Of a stretch of 64,000 bases of DNA, positions 63,791 to 64,000 are shown in pieces. The notes below the pieces were generated by a model. That model ran no database searches, was not told the origin of the DNA, and worked only from the letters and a program-made list of their open reading frames with translations. Each line of letters opens with the position of its first letter. Position 1 is the first letter of the stretch. Origin of the DNA: Malacoraja senta (lineage: Eukaryota); contig CM075993.1 in assembly GCA_038087875.1 (NCBI GenBank), forward strand, positions 62,001 to 126,000, in the 5' to 3' direction. A program made the position numbers and the translations under genes.

Positions 63791-64000
63791 CCCACCTTGA
63801 ATGAATGAAACTTTAAATCTTTAAATCTACCTTTAAAACTCCTCCAGGGATGCACCTGATCCCAACTGTCCCAACTCTTACTCTTGGCCAAAGCCTCAAT
63901 TTCCCTCGTCAGCCAAGCTTGCTTTACCCCTCACTCTAACAAGGGCATGTATGTCCTGAACTCTTGTCAGCACTTTTAAAAACATCCCACTTCCCTGACG

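Noticed and set aside
1..64000. Immunoglobulin/TCR segments or RSS, expected as a possibility in cartilaginous-fish duplicated clusters
   Set aside because: No V/C-domain peptides and no properly spaced CACAGTG/ACAAAAACC pairs were seen by eye

Overview
Eukaryotic, transposon-saturated DNA with no recognisable intact host protein-coding gene. The repeat families (CR1 with ORF1 esterase, L1/Tx1, Neptune-type Penelope, HERO-like RLE LINE, Rex1/Babar, V-SINE/HE1, hAT, Harbinger) point to a cartilaginous fish, probably a skate or ray; this is inferred from repeat content only. A recent tandem duplication of about 13.8 kb (14,728-28,527 / 28,528-42,311) dominates the centre. Removing insertions at their target-site duplications reveals three less obvious things. 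(1) A hidden family of small multi-exon genes on both strands, with conserved splice sites, one exon length and peptide motifs, convergent with a Harbinger transposase remnant. (2) Minimal hammerhead-ribozyme motifs at Penelope 3' ends, plus 66-bp tandem arrays that keep only half of the ribozyme core. (3) Two paralogous CTCF-like/CCAAT/TATA/splice-donor promoter cassettes. There are also fold-back hairpins and a self-templated mosaic insertion. All alignments were made by eye, and coordinates without a TSD are approximate.
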